The position numbers and the translations under genes were made by a program. Source: Alphaproteobacteria bacterium (GTDB lineage: Bacteria > Pseudomonadota > Alphaproteobacteria > SHVV01). From it: 64,000 nucleotides of DNA. The notes under the pieces were generated by a model. The model was not told the DNA's origin, ran no database searches, and saw nothing but the letters and a program-made list of their open reading frames with translations. Shown here piece by piece: positions 10,024 through 20,177 of the stretch. Numbering within the stretch: position 1 is the stretch's first letter; every line of letters begins with the position of its first letter. The DNA is taken from contig OZ253470.1 of assembly GCA_965261735.1 (NCBI GenBank), positions 3,712,001 through 3,776,000 of the forward strand. The letters run 5' to 3'.

Positions 10024-10865
10024 CGGGGAGCCGCGGTGCGCAGGGTACGGGGGCGCACGCCGCAACGCGCGTTGCCGCCGTGTTCCTTGCCGCAGCCCTG
10101 CTCCTGTCGGCGCCAGCCGCCCGAGCCGACTTCGCCGCCGGTTGGGCCGCCTATCAAGCCGGCGACTTTGGCCCGGCGCTCGCACAATGGCGGGCCCTCG
10201 CCGAGCAGGGTGATCCCAGATCGCAATTCAACCTCGGTGTCATGTACGACGAGGGCAAGGGTGTCGACCGCGACCTCGCGATGGCACGGGGGTGGTGGCG
10301 CAAGGCGGCCGAGCACGGTTTCGCCGCCGCCCAGCACAGCCTCGCCCAAGTGTTCATTGCCGGCGAGGAACAGGCGCCGGATTTTGCGCGCGCCCGCCTG
10401 TGGCTCGAAAAGGCCGCGGCGCAAAACTTCGCACGCTCGCAATACACGCTGGGCAAGCTCTACGACTACGGCCTCGGCGTCGAGCGTGACAGGCGCAAGG
10501 CGTCCGAATTGTTCCTCACGGCCGGGCGCCAGGGTTTTGCCCGCGCCCAGTACAACCTCGGCAAATTGTACCGCGACGGCCGTGGCGGGCTCGAAGCCAA
10601 CCTCGGGGAGGCTGTGGCGTGGTTCCGCAAGGCAGCGATGCAGGGCCACGCCAAGGCCCAGGAGCACCTCGCTACGCGCTACGCTCGCGGGGAAGGCGTG
10701 GCGCGCGACGACGTCGCCGCACTTGCCTGGCTCAACCTCGCCGCCGCGCAGGGTTTGGAGACGGCCATCAACAACCGCAAGGCACTGGTCCTGCGCCTGT
10801 CGGAGGGCGAGATATCCGCGGCCAAGAGATTGAGCAATGAGCTCGCGGGTCAGGTCGGCAAGTAG
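10020..10865 (+). CDS. Secreted Sel1-like repeat protein
   Basis: Repeated AQxNLGxxYxxGxGV...AxxWxxKAAxQG units after a signal peptide. Confidence 0.9.
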   Translation: MTGSRGAQGTGAHAATRVAAVFLAAALLLSAPAARADFAAGWAAYQAGDFGPALAQWRALAEQGDPRSQFNLGVMYDEGKGVDRDLAMARGWWRKAAEHGFAAAQHSLAQVFIAGEEQAPDFARARLWLEKAAAQNFARSQYTLGKLYDYGLGVERDRRKASELFLTAGRQGFARAQYNLGKLYRDGRGGLEANLGEAVAWFRKAAMQGHAKAQEHLATRYARGEGVARDDVAALAWLNLAAAQGLETAINNRKALVLRLSEGEISAAKRLSNELAGQVGK

Positions 10866-10956
10866 GCGGCCCCGACGCCGACCGCCGACGAGGCTGACAG
10901 CCGCGGCGATTACTGGTAACTAAGTCCCCCCGCGTAACGACACGGCGAACAAGTCG

Positions 10957-12003
10957 ATGGGGGCTGGTTTTCGCGTGCGCCTCGGCGTTCTGCTGATTTG
11001 CGCGCCGCTCTTCTTCCTGGCGTCGGTGGCCCAGCCCGTAGCTCAAGGAGAGCTTCCGGCGGCGCTTGCCGCCGAGATTGCCGCCGCTGCCGAGGACAAC
11101 CGTGTACTCGACGGCCGCGATCACGCGATAGGTAGCCAGCTTCGCAGCGCCCCGCTCGCGCAAACCATCGCCCTCCGTCATCGCCAAGCGACCGGCGCCC
11201 GCATGGGCGCCGTGGTCGTCAACGCGATCGCCACCCACCCCGCGCTCGTCGAAGACATCGTCGCGGCCGCGATCGCCGCCGCGCCCGAGTCGGAGGCCCG
11301 CATCGTGGCCGCCGCCCGTGCGGCGTTCCCGGCCTTCGCCGAGCGTATCGCGACGGCCGCACGCGGCGGGCCGCGGGTCCGCGGCGGCGGCGCCCGGCCG
11401 ACGCCCGTGCGCGCGGCACCGCGGCTGCCGGAGGTGCCCAACGATCCACTCGAGGGCCTCAACCGGATCACCTTCGCGGTCAACGACGTGCTCGACCTTT
11501 TCGTCCTGCGGCCGATCGCCGCCCTCTACGGATTCGTGACGCCGCAGCCGATGAAGGACGCGATCTGGCGCGCGTTTACCAACCTCGGTGCCCCCGTCGT
11601 GCTGGCGAACGATCTACTGCAACTCGACCTGCCGGGTGCCGCGGAGACCGCCGGGCGATTCGCCGTCAACAGCACGGTTGGCGTCGCCGGCCTTTTTGAC
11701 GTCGCCGCCAGGTTGGGCCTCGAGAAACACGAGGCGGATTTCGGCCAGACGCTGTTCTCCTACGGCGTCGGCCCCGGGCCCTACCTCGTGCTGCCGGTGC
11801 TCGGGCCGAGCACGTTGCGCGACGGCACCGGTATCGTCGAGCGCGAATCCCTGCTCGTGTCGCTCGAGGAATTGCGGCGGACCTCGGTCGATTACTATTC
11901 CGCGCTGCGCGCCGCCTACTACCAGAACCGAGCGCTCGCACTCGGCGGCGACGAGGTGCCGGCAGGCTCCAACATCGACGCGATGTTCGATGCGGCGGAA
12001 TAG
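10957..12003 (+). CDS. mlaA: VacJ/MlaA-family protein with N-terminal extension, possibly internally deleted
   Basis: NDPLEGLNR, RFAVNSTVGVAGLFDVA, DFGQTL, GPYLVLPVLGPSTLRD. Confidence 0.8.
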   Translation: MGAGFRVRLGVLLICAPLFFLASVAQPVAQGELPAALAAEIAAAAEDNRVLDGRDHAIGSQLRSAPLAQTIALRHRQATGARMGAVVVNAIATHPALVEDIVAAAIAAAPESEARIVAAARAAFPAFAERIATAARGGPRVRGGGARPTPVRAAPRLPEVPNDPLEGLNRITFAVNDVLDLFVLRPIAALYGFVTPQPMKDAIWRAFTNLGAPVVLANDLLQLDLPGAAETAGRFAVNSTVGVAGLFDVAARLGLEKHEADFGQTLFSYGVGPGPYLVLPVLGPSTLRDGTGIVERESLLVSLEELRRTSVDYYSALRAAYYQNRALALGGDEVPAGSNIDAMFDAAE

Positions 12004-12038
12004 CGCCCTGCCGGCGCGCGCAGGTTCCGGAGCGGTAC

Positions 12039-12650
12039 ATGGATAGATTCGGTCCCGACGTCACGCTGAACGACCCTGCCTTCATTCACCCAAGCGCCCA
12101 GATCTACGGCAAGGTCACGATCGAGCGCGGCGCATCGGTGTGGCCCAACGCGGTGATTCGCTCCGAGATGCTCGAAGTCGTTATCGGCCCCTTTGCGAAT
12201 ATTCAGGATTTCTGCATGATTCATGTGGGCGATCGGACCGGCACCTATGTCGGCGCCCACTGCTCGATCACACACCACACCACCATTCACGGCGCCCGCA
12301 TCGGCGACAACTGCCTGATCGGCATCAACGCCACGATCATGGACGGCTGCGAGGTCGGCGAAAATAGCATCGTCGCCGGCGGCAGCTTTCTCCCCGAGGG
12401 CACGCTGATCCCGGCGAACTCCGTGGTCATGGGCCTGCCGGGCAAGGTCGTGCGCAGTGAGAACAACTGGATCCGCAGCCGGATGAATGCCTGGCTCTAC
12501 CACACCAACGCCAAGGCGTACGCGGCGGGCCAGCATCGAGCGTGGGCGGGAGAAGAGGGGCTGGACGCGGCTCGAGCCGAGGTAGAGCGCCTTAAAGCCG
12601 AGTTCGCCCGAGTGAACGGCGCCGGCGGTGCGAGCGAGGGGGGCCATTGA
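12039..12650 (+). CDS. Gamma-carbonic anhydrase family (YrdA/CaiE-like) hexapeptide-repeat protein
   Basis: NIQDFCMIH, THH, IHGARIGDNCLIG hexapeptide repeats with the metal-binding His pattern. Confidence 0.88.
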   Translation: MDRFGPDVTLNDPAFIHPSAQIYGKVTIERGASVWPNAVIRSEMLEVVIGPFANIQDFCMIHVGDRTGTYVGAHCSITHHTTIHGARIGDNCLIGINATIMDGCEVGENSIVAGGSFLPEGTLIPANSVVMGLPGKVVRSENNWIRSRMNAWLYHTNAKAYAAGQHRAWAGEEGLDAARAEVERLKAEFARVNGAGGASEGGH

Positions 12651-13906
12651 GTGGCCCGTCCGCGGCGCGCCGCCTCGCGAGCCTCGACGACCTCGAGGTC
12701 GCCGGGCGGCGGGCACTGGTGCGGGCCGACCTGAACGTCCCGATGGACGGCGACAGGCCGACCGACACGCTGCGCCTGGAGCGCTTGGCCCCGACACTCA
12801 GGGAGCTCGCCTCGCGCGACGCACGCACCATCGTCATCTCGCACCGCGGCCGACCCAAGGGCACCTACGATGCCGGGCAATCGCTGCGCCCGGTCGCGGT
12901 TGCGCTGGCGCGAGTTTTGGGGTCGCCGGTCACGTTCGCCGAGGACTGCGTCGGCGCCGCGGCGCGGCGCGTCGTCGACGCCCTCGGGCCGGGCGAGTTC
13001 GCCGTCCTCGAAAACTTGCGCTTCCATCCGGGCGAGGAAGCCAACGACCCGGCGTTCGTCGCGGCACTGGCGGCCCACGCCGATGCCTTCATCAACGACG
13101 CGTTCTCCAGCGCCCACCGAGCGCATGCCTCGACGGTGGGGCTGGCCAGCGTGCTGCCGGCAGCCGCCGGACGCGGCATGGAGGCCGAGCTCGAGGCGCT
13201 CGGCAAGGCCCTCGACGATCCAGCCAGACCGCTCGCAGCGATCATCGGAGGCGCCAAGGTATCGAGCAAGATCGCGGTCCTGGAGAACCTCGTCGCGCGG
13301 ACCGACATCATTATCATCGGCGGCGGCATGGCCAACACGTTCCTCCTCGCCCAGGGGATTGCCGTCGGATCGAGCCTGTGTGAGCCCGATTTCGTCCCGG
13401 TCGCGCACGCCATCCTAGCGCGCGCGGAGGAGACGGGTTGCGCCGTCGTGCTGCCCGGGGATGCGGTGGTCGCCCGCGAGCTCGCCGCGGGCGTGGCCCA
13501 CCACGCGGTGTCCATCGACGCGGTCCCCGTGGACATGATGATCCTCGATGTCGGCGCGGCGACGGCGGCCGCCATCGGAGCTCGTCTCGAAGCCGCGAGG
13601 ACGCTGGTATGGAACGGCCCCCTGGGCGCCTTCGAGACGCCGCCGTTCGACGCCGGAACCAGCGCCGTGGCCCGCGCCGCGGCCGACCTTACGCGTCGCG
13701 GGCAGCTCCTCAGCATCGCCGGCGGCGGCGATACGGTGGCGGCCCTCGCCGGCGCCGGCGTGGATGCCCAATTCACCTACCTGTCGGCGGCTGGCGGCGC
13801 GTTCCTCGACTGGCTCGGGGGCAAGGCTCTGCCGGGGGTCGAGGCGCTGCGCAAGCCCGTCCCCGCAGGACTTGCACCGGAGCGCCCCGTTACCGAGGAT
13901 AGCTGA
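12647..13906 (+). CDS. pgk: Phosphoglycerate kinase
   Basis: VRADLNVP, SHRGRPKG, LENLRF, IGGAKVSSK, WNGPLGAFE, GGGDT. Confidence 0.96.
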   Translation: MSGPSAARRLASLDDLEVAGRRALVRADLNVPMDGDRPTDTLRLERLAPTLRELASRDARTIVISHRGRPKGTYDAGQSLRPVAVALARVLGSPVTFAEDCVGAAARRVVDALGPGEFAVLENLRFHPGEEANDPAFVAALAAHADAFINDAFSSAHRAHASTVGLASVLPAAAGRGMEAELEALGKALDDPARPLAAIIGGAKVSSKIAVLENLVARTDIIIIGGGMANTFLLAQGIAVGSSLCEPDFVPVAHAILARAEETGCAVVLPGDAVVARELAAGVAHHAVSIDAVPVDMMILDVGAATAAAIGARLEAARTLVWNGPLGAFETPPFDAGTSAVARAAADLTRRGQLLSIAGGGDTVAALAGAGVDAQFTYLSAAGGAFLDWLGGKALPGVEALRKPVPAGLAPERPVTEDS

Positions 13907-13931
13907 GCGATAGGGGCTTGCAGATTCAGCC

Positions 13932-14588
13932 ATGACACAAACGACCGACATTGACGACGCGCAGGCGCGGTTCGCCGAAATCCGGGATCTCAAGGACACG
14001 GTCGCGGCACTACGCGAGGAGTTGGAGACGACACACCGCGACGAGCAGGACGCCATCAAGCGTGCGATTGCCGAGGCCAACGACGAGATCAGTCAGCTCA
14101 AGGGAACGGGCACGGCGCTCCGGGCCGAGCTCGAGGCGGCGTCGTTCGAGAGGGCGGACGCCGTGCAGCGCGTTATCGACACGGCCACGGCCGAGATCGC
14201 CCAGCTCAAGGAGACGGCGACGACCCTACGCGAGGAATTGGAGCGCGCGAGAATCGACAAGACCGAGAGCGTCATGGAGGCGCACAGCCTTGCCAGCGGC
14301 GAGATCAGCCAGCTGCGCACGACCATGGCGGCGCTGCGCGAAGAACTGGAGCAGGTACGCCTCGAAAAGAGCGAAAGCGTACAAGCGGCGACGGCCGTCG
14401 GTGCCAACGAGATCGCCCAACTCGAGGCCACCGTAGCGGCCTTGCGCGCCGACATGGAACGCAACAAGATGATGTTCGAGGACGCGATGAGCGAGGCCAA
14501 GCGCGCCGCGCGTGACGTCGAGAGCCAGTTGCACCAAACCATTTCCGCACTGCGGCAGGAGCTCGAGGGGCCCCATGGAAGCGACTAA
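13932..14588 (+). CDS. Hypothetical coiled-coil protein built of 36-aa repeats
   Basis: EIxQLxxTxxALRxELE recurs every 36 residues (5 full repeats + 1 partial). Confidence 0.8.
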   Translation: MTQTTDIDDAQARFAEIRDLKDTVAALREELETTHRDEQDAIKRAIAEANDEISQLKGTGTALRAELEAASFERADAVQRVIDTATAEIAQLKETATTLREELERARIDKTESVMEAHSLASGEISQLRTTMAALREELEQVRLEKSESVQAATAVGANEIAQLEATVAALRADMERNKMMFEDAMSEAKRAARDVESQLHQTISALRQELEGPHGSD

Positions 14589-15891
14589 ACAGCGTAAACG
14601 CAAGACCGTGTCCGTACCCGAGATGGCGCCCGCCGAGCGCGATCGGCGGCTGCGGGAAACCGAGATGCTGCTCAGCGTCACCAGGCGCGTGGCGGCAACC
14701 GACACCCTCGATGACATTCTCGAGACCCTGGTCGAGATCATCACCGCCGAGACAGGCGCCGAGCGCGGCTCGTTGTTCCTCAATGACAGCAGGACCAACG
14801 AGCTATACTCGCGCGTCGCCCTCGGCGAGTACACGCGCGAAATACGCGTGATGAACACGACCGGTGTCGCCGGCCACGTGTACACCGCCGGCGTCGGCAT
14901 CATCGTGACCGATGCCTATGCCGACGAGCACTTCAACGCCGCCGTCGACGAGCAGGGCGGATTCGTCACCAAGAGCATCCTGTGTGCCCCGGTAAAGACG
15001 GTGACCGGCGACGTCATCGGCGTCGCCCAGACGCTCAACAAGCTCGCGGGGCGCTTCACCAAGGAGGACCTGGCGCTCCTCGAGGCCATGTGCACCCAGG
15101 CCTCGGCGGCACTTCGAAGCTCGCAGTTCGTCGAGCAGCTCGAGCGCTCGCGTGCCCAGGAGCTCGAGTTCCTCGACGTCGTCTCCGACGTCACCACCGA
15201 AATCGACATCAGCACCCTGGTGCGCAAGGTGATGAGCGAGGCGACGCGGATGTTGAACGCCGAGCGCTCGACCCTGTTCCTCAACGACGACAAGACGGCC
15301 GAGCTGTGGTCGGAGGTCGGCGAGGGCCTGGAGGCGACGCAAATCCGCCTCCCCAACCACGTCGGCATCGCCGGCACCGTGTACACGACCGGCAAGTCCG
15401 TCAACATCCCACACGCCTACGCCGACTTGCGCTTTAACCCGGCGTTCGACAAGCAGACCGGCTACTTCACGCGCTCGATCCTGTGCGTGCCGGTCGTCAA
15501 CAAGAACGGCAAGACGATCGGCGTCACCCAAGTGCTCAACAAGCGCGGCGGGCCCTTCACCGACGAGGGCGGCTGCGCGCGTTTACCGCACAGGTCTCCA
15601 TAGGCATGGAGAACGCCAAGCTCTTCGACGACGTCCAGACGATGAAGAACTACAACGAGAGCATGCTCGAGAGCATGTCGAACGGCGTCCTCACGCTCGA
15701 CGAAGACGGCAAGATCATCACCTGCAACAGCGCCGGATTGAAGATCATGCAGGTCGCGCCCGCGGACATCCTCAACCGCACCGCCGAGGCCTTCTTCGCC
15801 GGTGCCAATGACTGGATCCTGGAGCGCGTGAAGCGCGTCGAAGAGACGCAGGTGGTCGATGTGTCCATGGACGCCGAGCTCGAGTTCGGCG

Positions 15892-17874
15892 CTTTCCTAT
15901 CCGGGTTACACCCACACCCACTAGGGCTAGAATGGGCGCAACCCGGATATAGGGGAGCGCGCCATGGATGTTCTCGACCGCGCCGATCTCCCATTCCCGC
16001 ATTCGCTACCCGAGTTCCAGCGACTTTTCCCCGATGATGCGGCCTGCGCCGCCTACCTGGAGAAAGCCCGCTGGGGAGACGGCTTTGCCTGCCCGCACTG
16101 CGGCACGGCGGGAGAGCCGTTCCACTTTGAAAACCGCCCTGGCGTCCTGCGCTGCCGCAAGTGCCGCCAGAACACCGGGCTGACGGTGGGAACAGTGATG
16201 GAGCGTAGCCACACTCCGCTGAACGTCTGGTTCTGGGCCGCTTATCTGGTCGCCAGTCAGACGCCCGGCATGTCCGCCGTGCAGTTTCAGCGGCAACTTG
16301 GTCTTTCGCGCTACGAGACGGCCTTTCAAATTCTCCACAAGCTCCGCTCGGGCATGGTGCGGCCCAACCAAGACAGGATCGGTGGACAGCCCAAGAACCA
16401 TGTTGAGGTGGACGAAACCTGGGTTGGCGGGCGAACGCGTGGGGAAGGCCGTGGTGTTCACCACAAGGTTCCCGTCTCCTGTGCCATCGAGGTGCGTCAT
16501 CGAAAGCCGGGCACCAAGCTCGACAACCGGAAAGACGGACGCTTTCCTATCCGGTTTACACCCACACCCACTAGGGCTAGAATGGGCGCAAACCGGATAT
16601 AGGGGAGCGCGCCATGGATGTTCTCGACCGCGCCGATCTCCCATTCCCGCATTCGCTACCCGAGTTCCAGCGACTTTTCCCCGATGATGCGGCCTGCGCC
16701 GCCTACCTGGAGAAAGCCCGCTGGGGAGACGGCTTTGCTTGCCCGCACTGCGGCACGGCGGGAGAGCCGTTCCACTTTGAAAACCGCCCTGGCGTCCTGC
16801 GCTGCCGCAAGTGCCGCTAGAACACCGGGCTGACGGTGGGAACAGTGATGGAGCGTAGCCACACTCCGCTGAACGTCTGGTTCTGGGCCGCTTATCTGGT
16901 CGCCAGTCAGACGCCCGGCATGTCCGCCGTGCAGTTTCAGCGGCAACTTGGTCTTTCGCGCTACGAGACGGCCTTTCAAATTCTCCACAAGCTCCGCTCG
17001 GGCATGGTGCGGCCCAACCAAGACAGGATCGGTGGACAGCCCAAGAACCATGTTGAGGTGGACGAAACCTGGGTTGGCGGGCGAACGCGTGGGGAAGGCC
17101 GTGGTGTTCACCACAAGGTCCCCGTCTCCTGTGCCATCGAGGTGCGTCATCGAAAGCCGGGCACCAAGCTCGACAACCGGAAAGGAAGACGTGGCTGATC
17201 GGTATCCACCACGGCGTTAGCCACCAGCACCTACAAGCCTACCTCAACGAGTTCACCTTCCGCTTCAACAGGCGGTTCTACCCGTTCAACGCCTTCCGCT
17301 CATTGCTCGGCATCGCGGGCGACACCTCTGCTCCAACCTATGCCGAGCTTTACTCGGGAGAGTGGCGGCACCCTACATGTAGCGGTCATGGGCGTTAACC
17401 GGATAGGCAAGGACGGACGCTATGCCGGACGCGTTCGGCTCGCCGTCGTGCTCGACCGTAGCGCCGAGTCGGTCTGTGGGTTCGTCGAGAGCACCGTCGC
17501 GCCGCGATCGCTGATCGTTACTGACGATTGGAGCGGCTATGCTGGCCTCGGGAAGCGCGGCTATGAGCACTTCGCTGTTGCCGAGTGTGCTGATCCAGAG
17601 GTTGCCGAGCAATACCTGCCGATCATCCATCTGGTTTTCGCCAACCTGAAGACGTGGCTGATCGGTATCCACCACGGCGTTAGCCACCAGCACCTACAAG
17701 CCTACCTCAACGAGTTCACCTTCCGCTTCAACAGGCGGTTCTACCCGTTCAACGCCTTCCGCTCATTGCTCGGCATCGCGGGTGACACCTCTGCTCCAAC
17801 CTATGCCGAGCTTTACTCGGGAGAGTGGCGGCACCCTACATGTAGCGGTCATGGGCGTTAACCGGATAGGCAAG
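15892..17874 (+). mobile_element. IS1595-family copy 3, containing copy 4
   Basis: Both TIRs present; TSD gttcggcg / gctcggcg (7 of 8 match). Confidence 0.92.
16542..17411 (+). mobile_element. IS1595-family copy 4 (870 bp; nonsense codon and internal deletion)
   Basis: TSD gacggacg at 16534-16541 and 17412-17419; TAG at 16818-16820; deletion junction near 17184. Confidence 0.92.
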
Positions 17875-18889
17875 GCTCGGCGGCGAGAGGCGCTCGATCA
17901 ACGTCACCGTGCTGCCGCTCACCAGCGCCGAGAAGAACAAGAGGCTCGGCAACATGATCATGCTCGACGACATCAGCTCGGAAAAGCGGATGAAGTCGAC
18001 GATGGCGCGCTATATGGACGCCTCGCTCGCCGATCGCCTGCTCGCCGGCGGCGATGACATTCTCGGCGGCCAGAACGTTCCCGCGACAGTGCTGTTCTCC
18101 GACATCCGCGGCTTCACCCCGCTGACCGAGGAGCTTGGCGCGCAGGGCACCGTGAGCCTACTGAACGAGTACTTCTCGATCATGGTCGACTGCATCCAGC
18201 ACGAGGAGGGCATGCTGGACAAGTTCATCGGCGATGCCATCATGGCCGCGTTCGGCACCCCGATCGCCCATGACGACGACGAGGACCGGGGGGTGCGCGC
18301 GGCGATTTCGATGATCTCGAGCCTCGCCGAATGGAACGAGGAGCGCCACCACAAGGGCCAGATGCCGGTCGACATGGGCATCGGGCTCAACACCGACATC
18401 GTCGTGTCCGGCAATATCGGCTCGCCCAAGCGCATGGACTACACCATCATCGGCGACGGCGTGAACCTCGCCTCCCGGCTCGAGAGCGCGTGCAAGCAAT
18501 ACGCCGCGCGCATCCTGGTGAGCGAAAACACCTACAAGAAGCTGCGCGGCACTTACCGGGCCCGCGAGATCGACCGGGTGGTGGTCAAGGGTAAGACCGA
18601 GCCGGTCGGCGTCTACGAAATCCTCGACTACCACACGGACAAGAGCTTCCCCAACCTGATGGAGGTGGTGAACCATTTCCGCGACGGTTTGGCGCAGTAC
18701 CGCAAGGCGAACTGGGACAAGGGCGTCGCGGCGTTCAAGGAGGCGCTCGCCGCCAACGCCGAGGACAAGCTGTCGTCGATCTATATCGAGCGCTGCCGCC
18801 TCCTCAAGAAGCACCCGCCCAAGGGCGAATGGGACGGTATCTGGGTCATGGAGTCGAAGTAGGGCGGTCTCCCATCGCTCCATCGCCCC

Positions 18890-20020
18890 TCACATGAACA
18901 GCGTCAGTACCCCGGTGTAGCCGTAGAGGCGGTCGTGGGAGATTTCGCCGTTGCAGAAGAAGCCGACGAGCGGCACCGGCCCGAGCTCGTCGGCCACGGT
19001 CGCGAGTTCCGCCGAATCGGGACCGAACAGGTTGGGCCCCCTGGCGACGCAACTGTAATAGAGGGCGCCGCGGGGCGCGCCACCGGCGCGTCCCTTGAGA
19101 TCGCGCAACATGCGCACGAGGTCGTCGCGTGCGGCCTGGCCGTCGCGGCGGCAGAATAGGATCGACTGCCCCTTGGCGAGCGGGGCGGCCACGGCGAGGA
19201 GGCCCGCGTCGGGGTCGAGGCCGACGAAGTTGCGTACCACGTAGTCGGCGCGGTCGGAACCGGCGACGGGAAACGCCACGTGGAGGGCGCGAACGGCGCG
19301 GGCCAGGTCGCGGGCCAGCAGCTCGCCCATGTCCTCGCGCAGCGCCTCGAGCGCCGGCGCGCCATCGATCTCGATGGCGACGTTGCCCTCGCACGCGGTG
19401 ATTTCGCGTACCGGCCCGATCGGCGAGCAGCCCTGGGAGAGCCCGGCCACCACCGGCACGCCGGCGCCGAACAGGGCGCCTGAGAGGCCACCCGCATTCA
19501 CGCCATCGGCGACGTGGACTTGGGCGGCGCTGGACGAGGATAGGCCGCCGACGAGGAAGCTGTTGTGATCGGCGACGATCCGGGGAATGAGCTCCATGAG
19601 CTCGGGATGGCGCGAATCCGCGTGGACGACGCCGAAGCGCGGCTCGGCCGCCTCCAGCCACGCCCGCTCGGCCCCGGCGAGGTCGCCGCCGTCGGCGCCT
19701 GCGCGAAAAACGCGAAACGAATCGGGCGGGAAGGCTCCCGCCATCGCTGCTACCGCGGGCTCGCCGAAATACTCGCGCCCCGTGGCCAGGACACCGGCCC
19801 CGACAGTGCCGATCCACGAGCCAATGCCGGTGCGCTCGGCGAAAAAGCGGTGGATGTCGGCGAGGCGGCCGGCGAAGCGATCGGTGACGTAGAGGAAGCC
19901 GAGATTGGCATCGGCGGTGCGGAGCTCCAGTGCCGCCAGAGCCGCCTCGCATGCATCGCGCCAGTCGCCGGCGCTCGCGTGACCGAGTGCGAAGGGCGCA
20001 TCGGTTGACGGCTGGGTCAT
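18890..20020 (-). CDS. FIST-domain sensory protein
   Basis: FLVGGLSSS, GLSQGCSPIG, YYSCVARG, PLVGFFCNGEI, LYGYTGVLTLF. Start taken at MTQPST. Confidence 0.88.
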   Translation of the reverse strand: MTQPSTDAPFALGHASAGDWRDACEAALAALELRTADANLGFLYVTDRFAGRLADIHRFFAERTGIGSWIGTVGAGVLATGREYFGEPAVAAMAGAFPPDSFRVFRAGADGGDLAGAERAWLEAAEPRFGVVHADSRHPELMELIPRIVADHNSFLVGGLSSSSAAQVHVADGVNAGGLSGALFGAGVPVVAGLSQGCSPIGPVREITACEGNVAIEIDGAPALEALREDMGELLARDLARAVRALHVAFPVAGSDRADYVVRNFVGLDPDAGLLAVAAPLAKGQSILFCRRDGQAARDDLVRMLRDLKGRAGGAPRGALYYSCVARGPNLFGPDSAELATVADELGPVPLVGFFCNGEISHDRLYGYTGVLTLFM

Positions 20021-20177
20021 GCCGGCCTCCCGCGGGAGCTTCCCGCGGCGATAGGTTACTAGCCCGCGCGGCAACGGTCCAGGCGTCCGCCGGGGCGCCG
20101 GCCCGCCCGTATCTTGAATGGCCGGCCGCGCGCGCATATCTCCTGAGCATGAGGTACGGCCGCAGCGGGGCGTCGCC

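Larger units (their letters stand above)
14575..18862 (+). pseudogene. GAF-GAF-PAS class III adenylate/guanylate cyclase, frameshifted (~15568) and split by nested IS1595 copies 3 and 4
   Basis: Two GAF domains with NKxxG.FT motifs, PAS (SMSNGVLTLD), cyclase motifs FSDIRGFT, DKFIGDAIMA, DYTIIGDGVNLASRLE. Confidence 0.9.
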
